From: Bigelowiella natans CCMP2755
Lineage: Eukaryota > Protista > Cercozoa
Length of the DNA stretch: 64,000 nucleotides
Direction of reading: 5' to 3'
Assembly: GCA_000320545.1 (NCBI GenBank)
Contig: ADNK01000029.1
Span: 141,057 to 205,056, forward strand
Position 1 is the first letter of the stretch. Each line of letters opens with the position of its first letter. Of the stretch, positions 40,401-52,118 are shown piece after piece. Both the position numbers and the translations under genes were made by a program. The notes below the pieces were generated by a model. That model was not told the origin of the DNA. It saw nothing but the letters and a program-made list of their open reading frames with translations, and did not search any database.

Positions 40401-42096
40401 CATTTATTTTCATTCTCACATATGTATGACGTGGGCGCTCTTTTCCCTGATCATCGAGGATGATAGGCAGGTTCTCTAATCTCAACAATCGGATGTAGGT
40501 TTTCTTCCTCAGTGACCTCTTGTACATCTCTTGACTGACGAAAGGAAGCTCAAGAAAAGAAGCGACCTTCTGCAACGTGCTGTCATCAACCAGGTGTAAC
40601 ACACGTGAGAACCGTCTCCAGAACGTTGCTAATTCCTCCTTTCTCTGCTGTATGAATTTGCGCTCTCGGGATCCAATAATCTTTCCCTTTGGGAATTCAA
40701 TCCCGGGAAAGTCAATAGACTTTTTGATCGAGTTCCAGAAGTTTTTCATTATCGTGAAATTTTTGGCAATCCACCATCTGGATTTGGGACCATTTACCTC
40801 CATGAGATAGCGGTATGAGTGGATGTCGGCATCATAAAAGCAACTGCTCAGTGTAATGGAGTAACCAAAACGTATTCCATTCTCATTCTGGACGGGGCGG
40901 AATAACTTTGGACAATACTTGCTGGCAATTTTTATTTTTTTGACGTTAAGGCTACCATCAATGTACTCTGTTCCCACCCATTCGACATTTTCGTCGTCGA
41001 CCTTCGAGAAGCTAACCACGCCTTTGAAAAAGTCACCACCGTCCTTCACTTCAACCTCACGCCCTCGCGTCCACTGAATTTTCTGAAGCAAATTCCTGTT
41101 CAATATATTGACAGTTTTCGCTTCATTATTCGTTGGAAGGTACAATTTGACCCATAGCTGGCACTCCTCGACCAAAAACTTGTTCACCAACCCAAGCTTC
41201 CACCTACAGTGCCGCCGCGAATACACCTCTGCATATGAGCCACGAGGAAAATGCACCAGGCGGTCGGCGATTTCGACAAACTCGGACCAGCTCTCTAAAA
41301 AGAGCTTGATAAAGCTTGCCTTACTTAGCTTTGTTTTCAAATCGACCCGCCCCTCGATATATTCGAATAGAGAACTAAATACCTTCTTGATTTCAGCATC
41401 TGTACTGGAGCATCGAACTGATTCTAAAAGATGCTTTTTCATCTCTTCCAATAAAAGAGTGGGGGGTAAGACCTTTTCGACTTTTCCTTTTGCGACCTTG
41501 TGAAAGATTTCCTCGAGCTCCATTTTACGAGTGATCTCTATTCCATTTTCGATACTTGTCTTCTCTTTGATTTCATGCATCATCGAGTCTGCTTGAGCAG
41601 CTTGCAAGGTCTTCAGCACAATGCCGAAGAAATTCACAGAGAATTGCTCCCAAGTCACCATGTTTCTTCCTTCACTATCTATTGAAGTGAAGGTCTTATT
41701 TATGCTTTCAATAAGCTTCCTGCGTATATGCTCATAATTTCGTACAAAATGCTCTATGATTTCCATCTTTTTTTGCTCGGGCATGTTTTTGGCCACTATG
41801 TAAGAAGGAAACCACTCTTCTGACAACATGCAAATATGACGCATCATCTCCGAAAATTTTTGTTTCGTGAGAGCTCTGTGAGAATTAGCTTTGCAGTTGT
41901 GCATGAAGATTTCTTTCAGGCCCTTAAAGGGACCTTCTCCAGATTTTGCAAGAGATTTGATACACTCGTCATAATCAACAGCACTCATATCAGCTTTATC
42001 ATCAGCTTGGGCGTACTTGGCAAATACATTGCACAGGAGAGAAGAAAACTTGTCCCCCCCAAAAAAGAAGTGTTTCCCCCCAGGAGAGTTGCCCAT
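37461..42096 (-). CDS. Multidomain protein: EF-hand-like N-terminus, PX domain, C2 domain, histidine phosphatase (PGM family)
   Basis: PX-like RWWIAKNFTIMKNFW...FPKGKIIGSRERKFIQQRKEEL; C2-like IRLLRLENLP...TYVRMK...SAPVWN...LTVEVWHD; phosphatase LYLIRHGQSKWN...DHGLTKLGAQQA, RAVESA, DAREK, VIV|VCHS. Confidence 0.8.
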
Positions 42097-42707
42097 TTCC
42101 TGATTATTACGAATGTGAGGAGGAGAAGAAGTGGGCGATATTCAGCTGGACCCAGCTGTCATCAATATCCTTGGAGATATATTCGCTACACTACTTAGGG
42201 TCGATTCCTTGTAATAAAATTCAGATAATGATTGTCTACTACTATTACCTGTTGTAGTAATTCTCTTTTGCTTATCTGTTTTCTGCGTGTAAACTTTTGA
42301 ACATTGCCTAGATCTACCATTTCAAGTGGTAGTGGAAGATGGGGTGGAGAAAAAGAGAATACATTCAGTGCCTTCACACTTCCGTTAGGTGGCTCTACAC
42401 CTTTAGCTCTACCTCGATTTTCCTCTCTTCTTCTTCCTGCCTTGTCGTCATAATTCGTGATTAGCAGGTCTTTTAGATTGCAGCCACTGCCTCATCACTT
42501 GTTGGTATGTGTGTGTGTGTGTGTTTGGATGTGTGTTTAGCGCAGGTCTAGCCCCAACCAAGCCCGTTAGCCTCTCACTCCCCCAATCTCTTTGGAGTAG
42601 TTATGGAGAGCTCCTCCTTCACTTGTGTCGAAAAAATCTTATTGTCGCAAGCAGCGTTTTCCCACGAAATACGCATTCCCTTTTGACTCTGCGCCAAGCA
42701 TATTCTG

Positions 42708-45353
42708 ATGTCGCACTATGGTAATTCCTCACACACGAGGTAGTCGTCGGAACGAGAGCCCCCGGCGATGTGATTGATCCCATCGAGCGAGCCCCTTTCA
42801 TCAGTGTATCGGCATTGTATGTGAAGATAAGTGGTTAGGAAATAACCGTGGATTCTCAGCAGCATGGAGTGGCATCGCCAATTGGCGCTAGTATTCCTTG
42901 CTCTCGTCGTTGTCCTTCACCCTAGGTTGAGATCTGGCATTGTTGATACTACTAGATTTACTTCGGTCAACTGCTGGAAATAATCCTCAGGGTTCGTCGG
43001 GCACCCCTCTTATCTGAATCTGTCAGTAGCGAGGTGAATCCGTGGAAAGTTTCAGGAGGTTCTACGATCGACTACGACAGGATCATACGTCAATTTGGGT
43101 GCAAAGAGCTGAACCCCCCTCTGCTCAAGCGCATGGAAGAAGTCACGAAATTGAAATTACCACCTTTTTTAAGGTGAATAAGTTATATTTGATGCGAATC
43201 ATCCAGACGTAGCTGACGAATCGTTCTAATTACATGAAAATACTAGACGCGGCTTTGGTGTCTCTCATAGAGATCTCGATAAGGTGACAGCTGGCTTGTA
43301 TTCTCGAGCGACACATTCGGCGTAAACCTTCTATTTATATATATTATATATGTGCTATCCCGCAGCTACTTAACCAATATGAGAAGGGAAGCAATTTCTA
43401 CGTCTATACGGGAAGGGGCGCATCGTCTCAAAGTATGCATTTGGGGCATCTCCTCCCCTTTCTCCTGACGAAATGGTTACAAGAAGCTTTCAACGGTACT
43501 ACCACATAATGTAGTAGTAGAAAATTTGCCAAGCCCAATAACGAATTTGATTCACTTTATACATCTACATTTAGCCTTCGTTGTAATCCAACTCACTGAC
43601 GACGAGAAGTATCTGTGGAAGGATCTCTCTCTGCCTCAAGTCCATTATTTTTAACACGCGAAAAAAAATTCAACGTGTAAAACAATTTTCCCGCAGGCAC
43701 AAACATTGGCTTGGGAGAACATTAAAGATATCATCGCTCTGGGTTTTGATCCTGAAAGAACAGTGGTAATGTCTTCGGTGACAGAATGAACATCCTCAGA
43801 AAATGATTATTCATGTTTGAACTACCAGATATTCCGCAATACAGACCAGATCGCTACGCTGTATCCCAACGCGCTCCGAATCCAAAAGCATATAACTTTG
43901 AAGTAACCTCGCACTTTTTCCATTCAGTTTTTAGTGTTTTGAATAGAAAAACTGCAACAACTTTCAGTCAGGTTTCCGCGACTTTAGGACTAAATGGCAG
44001 TGATAGCATCGGAAAATTCGCATTTCCAGCTTTGCAAGTTGTTATATTGTATAAATATATTCAGTTCTGTATTTCTCATGGGATTTGTCATTCCTTCTTA
44101 CTGTATCATTAATACACCCATTCACACTTAGGTAGCCCCGGCTTTTGCATCCACGTATCCAGCATCGATACAGAAGAAAATATCATGTAATCCGAGATAG
44201 AGTTATTGATTGGAAGGTCGCATAGCACTAAGCATGAACCTTGCAATTGGTTTCTGTAGCAATGGGATCTTCGAAAGAGGCACCTCCACCGTTGAGTAAT
44301 AAAGCGGATCCCCTACCGTTGTGTCTCGTTCCGGTAATAATTTGGTAATGTGTTTGATACGCTCAGTAATTCATAGAGATTGTGCTGCATCTATGCGTTT
44401 TGTAATATCGCTTCAGTGCGCTGTGGACCAAGACCCATTCTTCAGATTAGCAAGAGATATCGCACACGTACTCGATGCTCCAAAACCGGTGTTATTGCAC
44501 ACAAGGTAATGAACTATAGGCATATGAACCAACATCTCCACATGACTGCTGTGACACAAAAAATTAAAGGTAATCTAGTATGTACATCACGATTATAAAT
44601 GTGATTCAGATTTTTGCCTTCGCTGCGAGGAATCGGGAGCAAGGTAGCCTCGTAATTCTCTCTGAACTTGGCTGTTAAGAGCTTTTACTCGGTGAAATGT
44701 GGAACAACCGATTTTTTTTAAATTCTAGGCGTCATCAAGCGAAAACAATTCCTGCATCTTCCTCTCCGATTCTCCGGAAACCCTGAAAAGCAAAATGAAT
44801 AGGTAAAAAACAACGATGCAACTGTGCGGTGATAACCTGACTCGATTTGAGCTCAGGTATGCATTCAGCGGAGGACAGGCTACCGCAAAGTTACAAAGGG
44901 AACTTGGAGCGGTTGGCTCTTGAGAAATACACCGATAATAATGATATCTTGGTTGTTGTCGCTCCTTCTGATTTTAAGATACTTTGTTCAGGATACGTCT
45001 GTGGACATTGCCTACCAGTATCTTCGCTACTTTCACCCAAACGATACTCAGTAAGAAGAAAAAGTCAATTTGTAAACTTGCGTTATGTGAGTGTTGTGCC
45101 ATTTGCACAATGATAGAGTGAAGCTTCTCGGTGAACAGTACAAGAATGGAGAAATTCTTTCTGGCCAGATTAAACAGGAAGCCATCCGTGTGTTGAGTGG
45201 CATCCTAAGTGAATTCCAGCGCAAACGTGCAAGGGTAAGTGCACACAATTAATATTTCAGCAAAACGATCTGTAGAATACTACATTTCACTTTTATTACT
45301 ACGTATCGCAGGTCTCCGATCAGGATGTTCTCAAATTTATGCGTTTTGAATAA
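42708..45353 (+). CDS. WARS: Tryptophanyl-tRNA synthetase, eukaryotic cytosolic type, with signal-peptide-like N-terminal extension
   Basis: VNPWKV...[61 protein letters not shown]|[23 protein letters not shown]. Stop 45351-45353. Start is ATG 42708 or in-frame ATG 42864. Confidence 0.95.
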
Positions 45354-45825
45354 GGCGATATTCCACCAACATAGTTGATACTATCACGGTTGTACATGAC
45401 ATCATGATGGACTCAGGCACCGGGCATGCGCATAGGTTTTGCGCTGTAGATTATCTTGTCAATATCACCAAAAATATCCAGCAGCAACTCATCCAATAAA
45501 CTAATGATTTCCGCTTGGAGTGCAAACCGATGAAGCTTTTGCGAACGGCATGCAAATATAGCACGCGCTGTGTGTAACGTCGATTGAATACAACAACATA
45601 CGGCAATGATTTTATGCGCATGCATCAATATTCCAACGCAACAATAATTCAGCAAAATCAGCATCCCTGGAGTAACACTGAATATTTTTGCAGCTCGTTT
45701 GTCTACATGATCAACCGCAATGATATTATGCATGATAAGGCCTGTGTAAATTAACAATGCAATATACACACACTAATATCTCACTGGCATGGAGCGCATG
45801 TCGCTGCATGTAGCATGTTATAATG

Positions 45826-45910
45826 TATGAGATGAATGTAATTTGCAAAATAAATAAAATGAAAATTTTCAATCGTCATCCTAATGTAGCCACACAAAGC
45901 GGCAGACTAT
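45826..45910 (-). repeat. Repeat-family copy
   Basis: TGAGATGAATGTAAT...AATTTTCAATCGTCATCCTAATGTAGCCACACAAAGCGGCAG is a diverged reverse complement of copy A. Confidence 0.8.
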
Positions 45911-46468
45911 GAAGTTAGTTTCTACGATTACTGTCTATTCATACAGCATGTATATCTCAATATCCATATCTAGACCTGCTTAATGCAGTCATAGATCGAA
46001 AGATGGAAATGATGGATGAATCCCTGTCTTGACATTTTATCACGTTGCAAGTTCGGACGAGGCAAGTGTCCGCTAACAATGAGCTGAGCCATGCGCCGTT
46101 GGGCATGTGGTTCATGACATAGTACATGAAATAGGATATATATTGTTCTCAGTTGTACCACTGTACATGCGTGGTTGTGGCTGCGTGAACAAGAGTGGGG
46201 TCGTACCTAGCAATGCTTCATAGCTGCTACATACTAGCAATTGTACAGCAATGATTGATGCGTACGTAGCTTGGTATTTTTTCAACATGGGTGAATGATC
46301 AAACATTCATTGACATTTATTTGCCTACCATGTATGAATGTTGCTATGATGCTGTTCGATCAAACGTCGGAAGAAGATCGATGTGACTTTCATCAAACAA
46401 GTCTACACAATACTACATTTGCATTGTAAATTTGCCTCAATCCAGTTACCGGCAAAACGTTCAGTATT

Positions 46469-48106
46469 TTATAGTACTCCTGACACTAACCGAAGATAAA
46501 GGAAAATACTGCTGGCTGCCAAACATGCAATTAGTCTTCTAGTCGTTTGCTGGGCACGTCTCCAGACCTCGCTATAACGCAGACGCGAATCCTGCAGCAT
46601 AATAACTGCTGCCGGGTTGAACAAAAATGGCAGTATTTTATTTAAGATAAAGGTGCGTAAAACAAAGTTTATCATCCAAAACTTCTCTCGGAATCTGTCT
46701 TGGCCGTATTGATACGGCCATCCAACTTGCATGATTTGTACTAGACTCTTGGCTTCTGGAGCTCGTATCTCTTCGTACCGAGTTGCTGCATTCTTGATGA
46801 TATCCGGTGAATCCCCAGCAGCACCACCACTTTCGATCGAGAAAGCGTCCTCCAGATCGCAGATATCCTCCAGCGCTGCATTGACACCTTGTCCAAGATC
46901 CGGCGGGAAAGCGTGTAAAGAATCTCCCACTAACACGCAAGTACCTCGGACTCCATCCCCACAAGACACCTGACATCGAGGCGAATATTGCGGAGCTGGG
47001 AATCGGCCTTCTCGCTCCTTCGCGAATGCATCGGCCTGAAGTAGAACACAAACGGTCAGATACAGCCCGGACCAAGAAGGCTAGAATCATCTGCCTCTTC
47101 CTCCGACACGATGTCACGAACGGGAATATGCGGGAAGTTCTCTTCGAGCCACTCGAGGACTTCCCCTCCATCGTTGAGCTTCCAGACCATGTGATCATCC
47201 TTTTGGATGACATTTGCTGTTCGCGGGGCATCTTCTTGGGCAACGGCTGAGAAGGTGATAGTCGCATTTCCAGAAGCAATGAATATGATGATAGCCCTTC
47301 TGATACGTGCTAAATGGTCGTCTTACGAAGTAGCCCCAGTTTTCCTCTCCTCTTGCTATCCTTCACATTGCTGTATATTGCGTAAGCTTGCGTTCCCTCA
47401 GAATACTTAACCTGAAGAGAAGACGACGCGAACAATAAGATGATGATGAAGGATAAAAAACTTGATCATTTGGCTAACGACTACCTTCTCTCCTCTTCCC
47501 AGTGGGAACTTTGGAGGGAGTTTGATCATTTTATATCTATTTTCATTTCATTTCAAAGTCAAACAACTTTAAGGAAGAAAATCAATGCGAAAGAATTTAC
47601 TGTAATCCTGTGGATGGGCTTGCCATTTGGACTGGATCGAAGGAAGTCGGATCGCTGCTCCATTGGCTACAAACCTTTCGTACTTCTGAATTCAATCCAT
47701 CCGCACCAACTATCAAGTCGGGGTAGAATTCACGCGCCTTTTCGAATTTTCCTGCTCTTACCCGGACCTAACCACGCGTACGACGGGTGTAATGGGAAAG
47801 TAAAACTATGTATTTGTGGAGATTCATGGAACCTTATCTCCAACTCGATCGATAGATCGCAGTTCGCTCCCATATATCATTTCGATATTCGCGTACGACT
47901 CTGCTTTCTCTGAAAACAGCTTCAACAATTCCTAAAACGCAATATCCGATTCAGCACGACATCGCAAGAAAGTGGTGACAGCGAGTCCTTCATACTGAAC
48001 AACGTCAATACACGCTCACTCAAAAAAAGTAGAGAGCCCAAAATTCAAATCTTTTATACAAACTTTTATCCGACGCTAGATTTACATGCACATTGCGGAG
48101 GCTCGG

Positions 48107-48200
<94 letters not shown>

Positions 48201-49174
48201 GTGCGTGTGGCGATGTAGTACGTGTCGAGGGATCCAGTACGAGGCTTTCCTGTCCGGGGATAGGGACGGAGGAACACTCTCCACCTTCAATACGGTAGAT
48301 ATTTACTGTAATTGCATTGTTATACTTACAATCTCAATACCATTCCACGTTTGTCGGGGAAAACACGCGCAATGGTGTAATTCAGGCTATTCACCCCACG
48401 CAACATCAGCCCTAATTTAAGTAAAGTGATCAGAAGTTTAAGACGGAGTCATTGATTTTGTATGCACAAGATCATCGCTGACCTTCTGTCAAACCGTACT
48501 TGTTCGTAAACTTTTGTCCACGAGCATCAATCAAATACAGATATGCCTGAGAAGAATCGCTCCTTATATGTCAACGATGGTTGAGGGAACAAAGCATTCA
48601 TCTCAGACACCTTCGAGATCTCAAAAGACACATTTTCCTTCTGCTCCAAAAGCTTAACGTCCCATCCACGATTTGCAAGCATTATGGCAGTCGCCAATCC
48701 TGCTGGCCCGCCTAAAGATACAGTGGGTTCTAAGATACAGGAATTTGACTTTGAAGGTTAATTCATCATTATGAGAAAACATGCAGTCGGTTGGGGCTTG
48801 CCTAGAAAAGTTTCCAACCTCCCACCACCACAGCCGCTGGGTTCACCGGCAAAGTTTCATCCGTGACAGCTCGGAACAATGCAGTCTTTCTTGGAGCCTA
48901 GCATCGAGTACAAATTGTTGTCCATAAACAAAAGGAGTCGGCAGCAAAAAGTGAATGTACGCACTACAATACCGATGTGGATAACGTTAAATCTGCAAAA
49001 TATCACCTGGGGATTTGTGCTGATGCGACTCCTCACAGAAAACGCGTTTGGTGTCTTCGCATAGCCGGAGAATAATGTGGACTTAGCCAGAGGCTTTAAT
49101 TTCGGAACAACCGCTCTTCCAATCGAAGGTTTCACCAACCACATAGAAACGCAAAGAACTGCGATGAGGATCAT
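46469..49174 (-). CDS. FAD-dependent monooxygenase (kynurenine 3-monooxygenase-like) with signal + transit-peptide-like leader
   Basis: VVVG|GGPAGLATAIMLANRGWDVKLLEQ Rossmann motif, AYLYLIDARGQ, VLVGDSLHAFPPDLGQGVNAALED. Leader MILIAVLCVSMWLVKPSIGRAVVPKLKPLAKSTLFSGYAKTPNAFSVRSR. Confidence 0.88.
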
Positions 49175-49486
49175 CTAATGGGAAAAGCAGCAAATTTTAA
49201 TGTCAAATCACATAATATCAAGGGGAGGGAGAGGGGGGGGGGAAGGACGTTGGGAGCGTGTAGGTTACGTGACCTCCACAGCCGATCAGCACAGGCGTCA
49301 GTGCTTCCGGAATTCCACCCCGAGACTTTCAGAGACCCTTCGAGATGTTACGAGAGTTTGATTCTCAATCGAGCCCCGGGATTGGTGAGAAAGCCCACGT
49401 GCCGACCTCCTCCTCTCCTCCGTTCCGTGAGTGAATATACAGGGTTGGAGCACTGCCACTGTTAACGTCGGGCTAACTCTACCAAA

Positions 49487-49490
49487 ACAC

Positions 49491-49572
<82 letters not shown>

Positions 49573-49592
49573 ACACACATAGACACATACAC
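49487..49592. repeat. Long (CA)n microsatellite immediately upstream of the RRM gene start, inside a divergent promoter
   Basis: About 100 bp of near-pure CA dinucleotides ending 17 bp before ATG 49609. Confidence 0.95.
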
Positions 49593-49608
49593 AGCGGAGG
49601 ATTGGGCA

Positions 49609-49875
49609 ATGGGAGACCCTCTCAGAAAGAAGAAACGCAAGAGACAATCAGGTGGGGAACTGTCCAAGGCGCAGGGGAGAGACTCAACGAGCAACAAGAA
49701 GAAAAAGAAGGCACGATGGCGGGATCGCCACCAGGCGTACGTTAATCAGGTCGCTCAGAATTTGGTCTCAAACCCAGTGCAATGATAGGAATATTCTTCA
49801 CAATAGTTTCGAAAAAGACTATGCCCCTCCTCACCACCACACACACAAGCAGACAGATACATACCAGCAGGCATT

Positions 49876-49942
<67 letters not shown>

Positions 49943-51306
49943 CCCGTGTTCGACAGTTGCCATACCATGCAAGTGAGCCTGAAATACGTGCTTTCCTTAA
50001 TCAAGTCTGCAAGGTAGTAGCAAACTTCATGCGCAATATGCAATTAATTTATTAGAAGAAGTAAGTGTTCAAAGAAGTATTTTTGACCTCGCCTGTGCTG
50101 TTATATCCAAACTAACCTAGGAGAATTTTACGATCAAGCGTGTCATGCAGAAGGGTGGTAGAACCCAAAATCATGCCGTGAAAGTACGGAAAGGAGGGAA
50201 GAAAACGGATCTTGTCTTCTCTGGGCAAGCATTTATCACATTTAAGACTCGGCAGGATTTGGATCGAGCTTTGACACTAGATAAAAGCTATTTCTATGAT
50301 AGACAGGGGGGAAAGACGAGCGGTGGTGGGGAACCTGCGAGCATCAGCGAAGGGGCAGGTGAAAATGACGATGAAGAGAAAGGGAAGAAGAAGAAAAAAC
50401 TTTCTAATACTATGAGAAAAGCCTCGCGCTACCCCGTTAACGTCGTTGAAGTCATCCCTAAGAAGGTGAATTAAATACATTTTGCTCCGAGATGGTATGT
50501 CGTTGATGATTTCTTGCCTTAGGAGCTTCGAGAGAAAAAACAGCAATCAAATCAGGACGAGAAGAAGATCTTGCGGCCAAAAGAGGAGGTACAAAGCAAA
50601 TATTCCAGTTACATTATTTGTTTTGTGAAACCATCTTCAAATACAGGTCTTAGACAATGTTGGGGATATCATGAAACTCGAGGAGAGGGGACTTGGGTTA
50701 GCAATGACCGACATTGATGACGGGGTTGTTGAAGCGTTGAGAAGAGTCTCAGAGGAGGTGACTTGATAAACTTGGTTGTTCGAAGGTGTTTCGAGGTTTA
50801 TCGTGCTGAGACATTGTCACAGGTAGCAAGGAATGCTCTCCTTGAGTTCGACGTTCTTGGTCCATTGGGGAAAAACAAACTGCAAGCTGTGAAGAACAGA
50901 CCTGCTTATCTCTCTGGTTGTGTTTCTATGTTCTCATCAAGTACCGATATCACTCATTGAACTCGATTCGCACTCAGGAATTGTCAAGAAGTGGCAAAAT
51001 GGAGAAGGAAACATTGAAGACACAAAGGCCCACGTGAAGAGGCGATCAGGAGCATCAAAGGGATTTGATGAAAGTGAATCAAGAAACTCGAGGGGTCGAG
51101 GCAGAGGATCCACTCGTGGCGCACGAGGTCGCTCGCGGGGGTTTCGTGGCCGCAGGGGTCGTGGTGGTAGTCGTGGTGGTGGTCGTGGTGGTAGTCGTGG
51201 TGGTGGTCGTCGTGGTGGTCGTGGTGGTCGAGGTCGAGGTCGAGGTCGAGGTCGAGGTATACGAGGTCGTGGCCGGTTTGGGCGTGGCCACCGTGGAAAA
51301 CGATGA
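49609..51306 (+). CDS. RNA-binding protein: RRM + hnRNP Q acidic-domain-like + C-terminal RGG/GAR tail
   Basis: NLS-like KKKRKR; RNP2 AYVNQ|LPY; RNP1 SGQAFITF; IDDGVVEALRRVSEE|VARNALLEF...AVKNRPAYLS|GIVKKW; GGSRGGGRGG repeats at 51090-51303. Confidence 0.8.
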
Positions 51307-52118
51307 AGTTTCTGATTCCATGCTGTGAAATGACCAGCAGCAGAGCCAGCTAGCCAGAGAGCTAGAGAGGGTCACTCCATGTGGTGATCAATTGCTGAGT
51401 GTGTCACGTTTGCTCTCGACAATCATCACGGAACTGGTCCGATCTAGCAATGATGACAAAGCCCGGCCCATACCGTTCACTCGCAGCCGCATGCGCTGTG
51501 CATGAAACAAGTGCATGTCTCTCCACGTCTAGCGCATCGCAGCTGCTAGGTGTGTGAGTCTGCTGCATCAAATGACTGCGTGCTCAAGCCAGCTAGCCAG
51601 TGCCGTTCGCACCTAACCCCTAGACCCACTCATGTGCACACACACACATGCACGCACGTGACACGACTGCCTTGTCACACGCGCATCGATGCACACTGCT
51701 AGACTAGCAGCACACACTTGTGTCACGTCAGACGTGCCTGGCGGATGTCACGTGCGTAGCGTTTCTGGCTGGCTAGCTGGCGGACGGTGCAATTGAGCTG
51801 CGCAGCAGGTGTCAGGTTTCAAGGGCCAACGGTCGCTGCGTGCATTGGGGTGTGCTTCTAGATGTGCATGCACACACGCACCAGAACACACACTTGCATT
51901 GATGCAATCTGCAACAATCTGCATGCGGTGAAGGTCCAGAGGTCACAAAGATCACGCTTTACCGCAATTGAGTCATCGCACATGTGATGACCTGACAATG
52001 ATGACATACAGCATCAAGCGCACAGTGCATGTGCGATGAAGAATCATGTTTCAGAATGAAAACACAACAACAAAATTGTGATCCAATTCAAGCACGAAGA
52101 TTGAAACTTTGCATTTTG

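Noticed and set aside
10586-45353. RNA ligase, TYW5 and TrpRS as a tRNA-metabolism gene cluster
   Set aside because: They are separated by unrelated genes; three tRNA-related genes among 19 is weak evidence in a eukaryote.
2499-49976. Many ORF-track entries with THTHTH, YIYIYI, CVCVCV, SLSLSL runs
   Set aside because: They are translations of intronic microsatellites, not proteins.
51611-51628. CCTAACCCCTAGACCC telomere-like sequence
   Set aside because: Only two imperfect units; compatible with chance.
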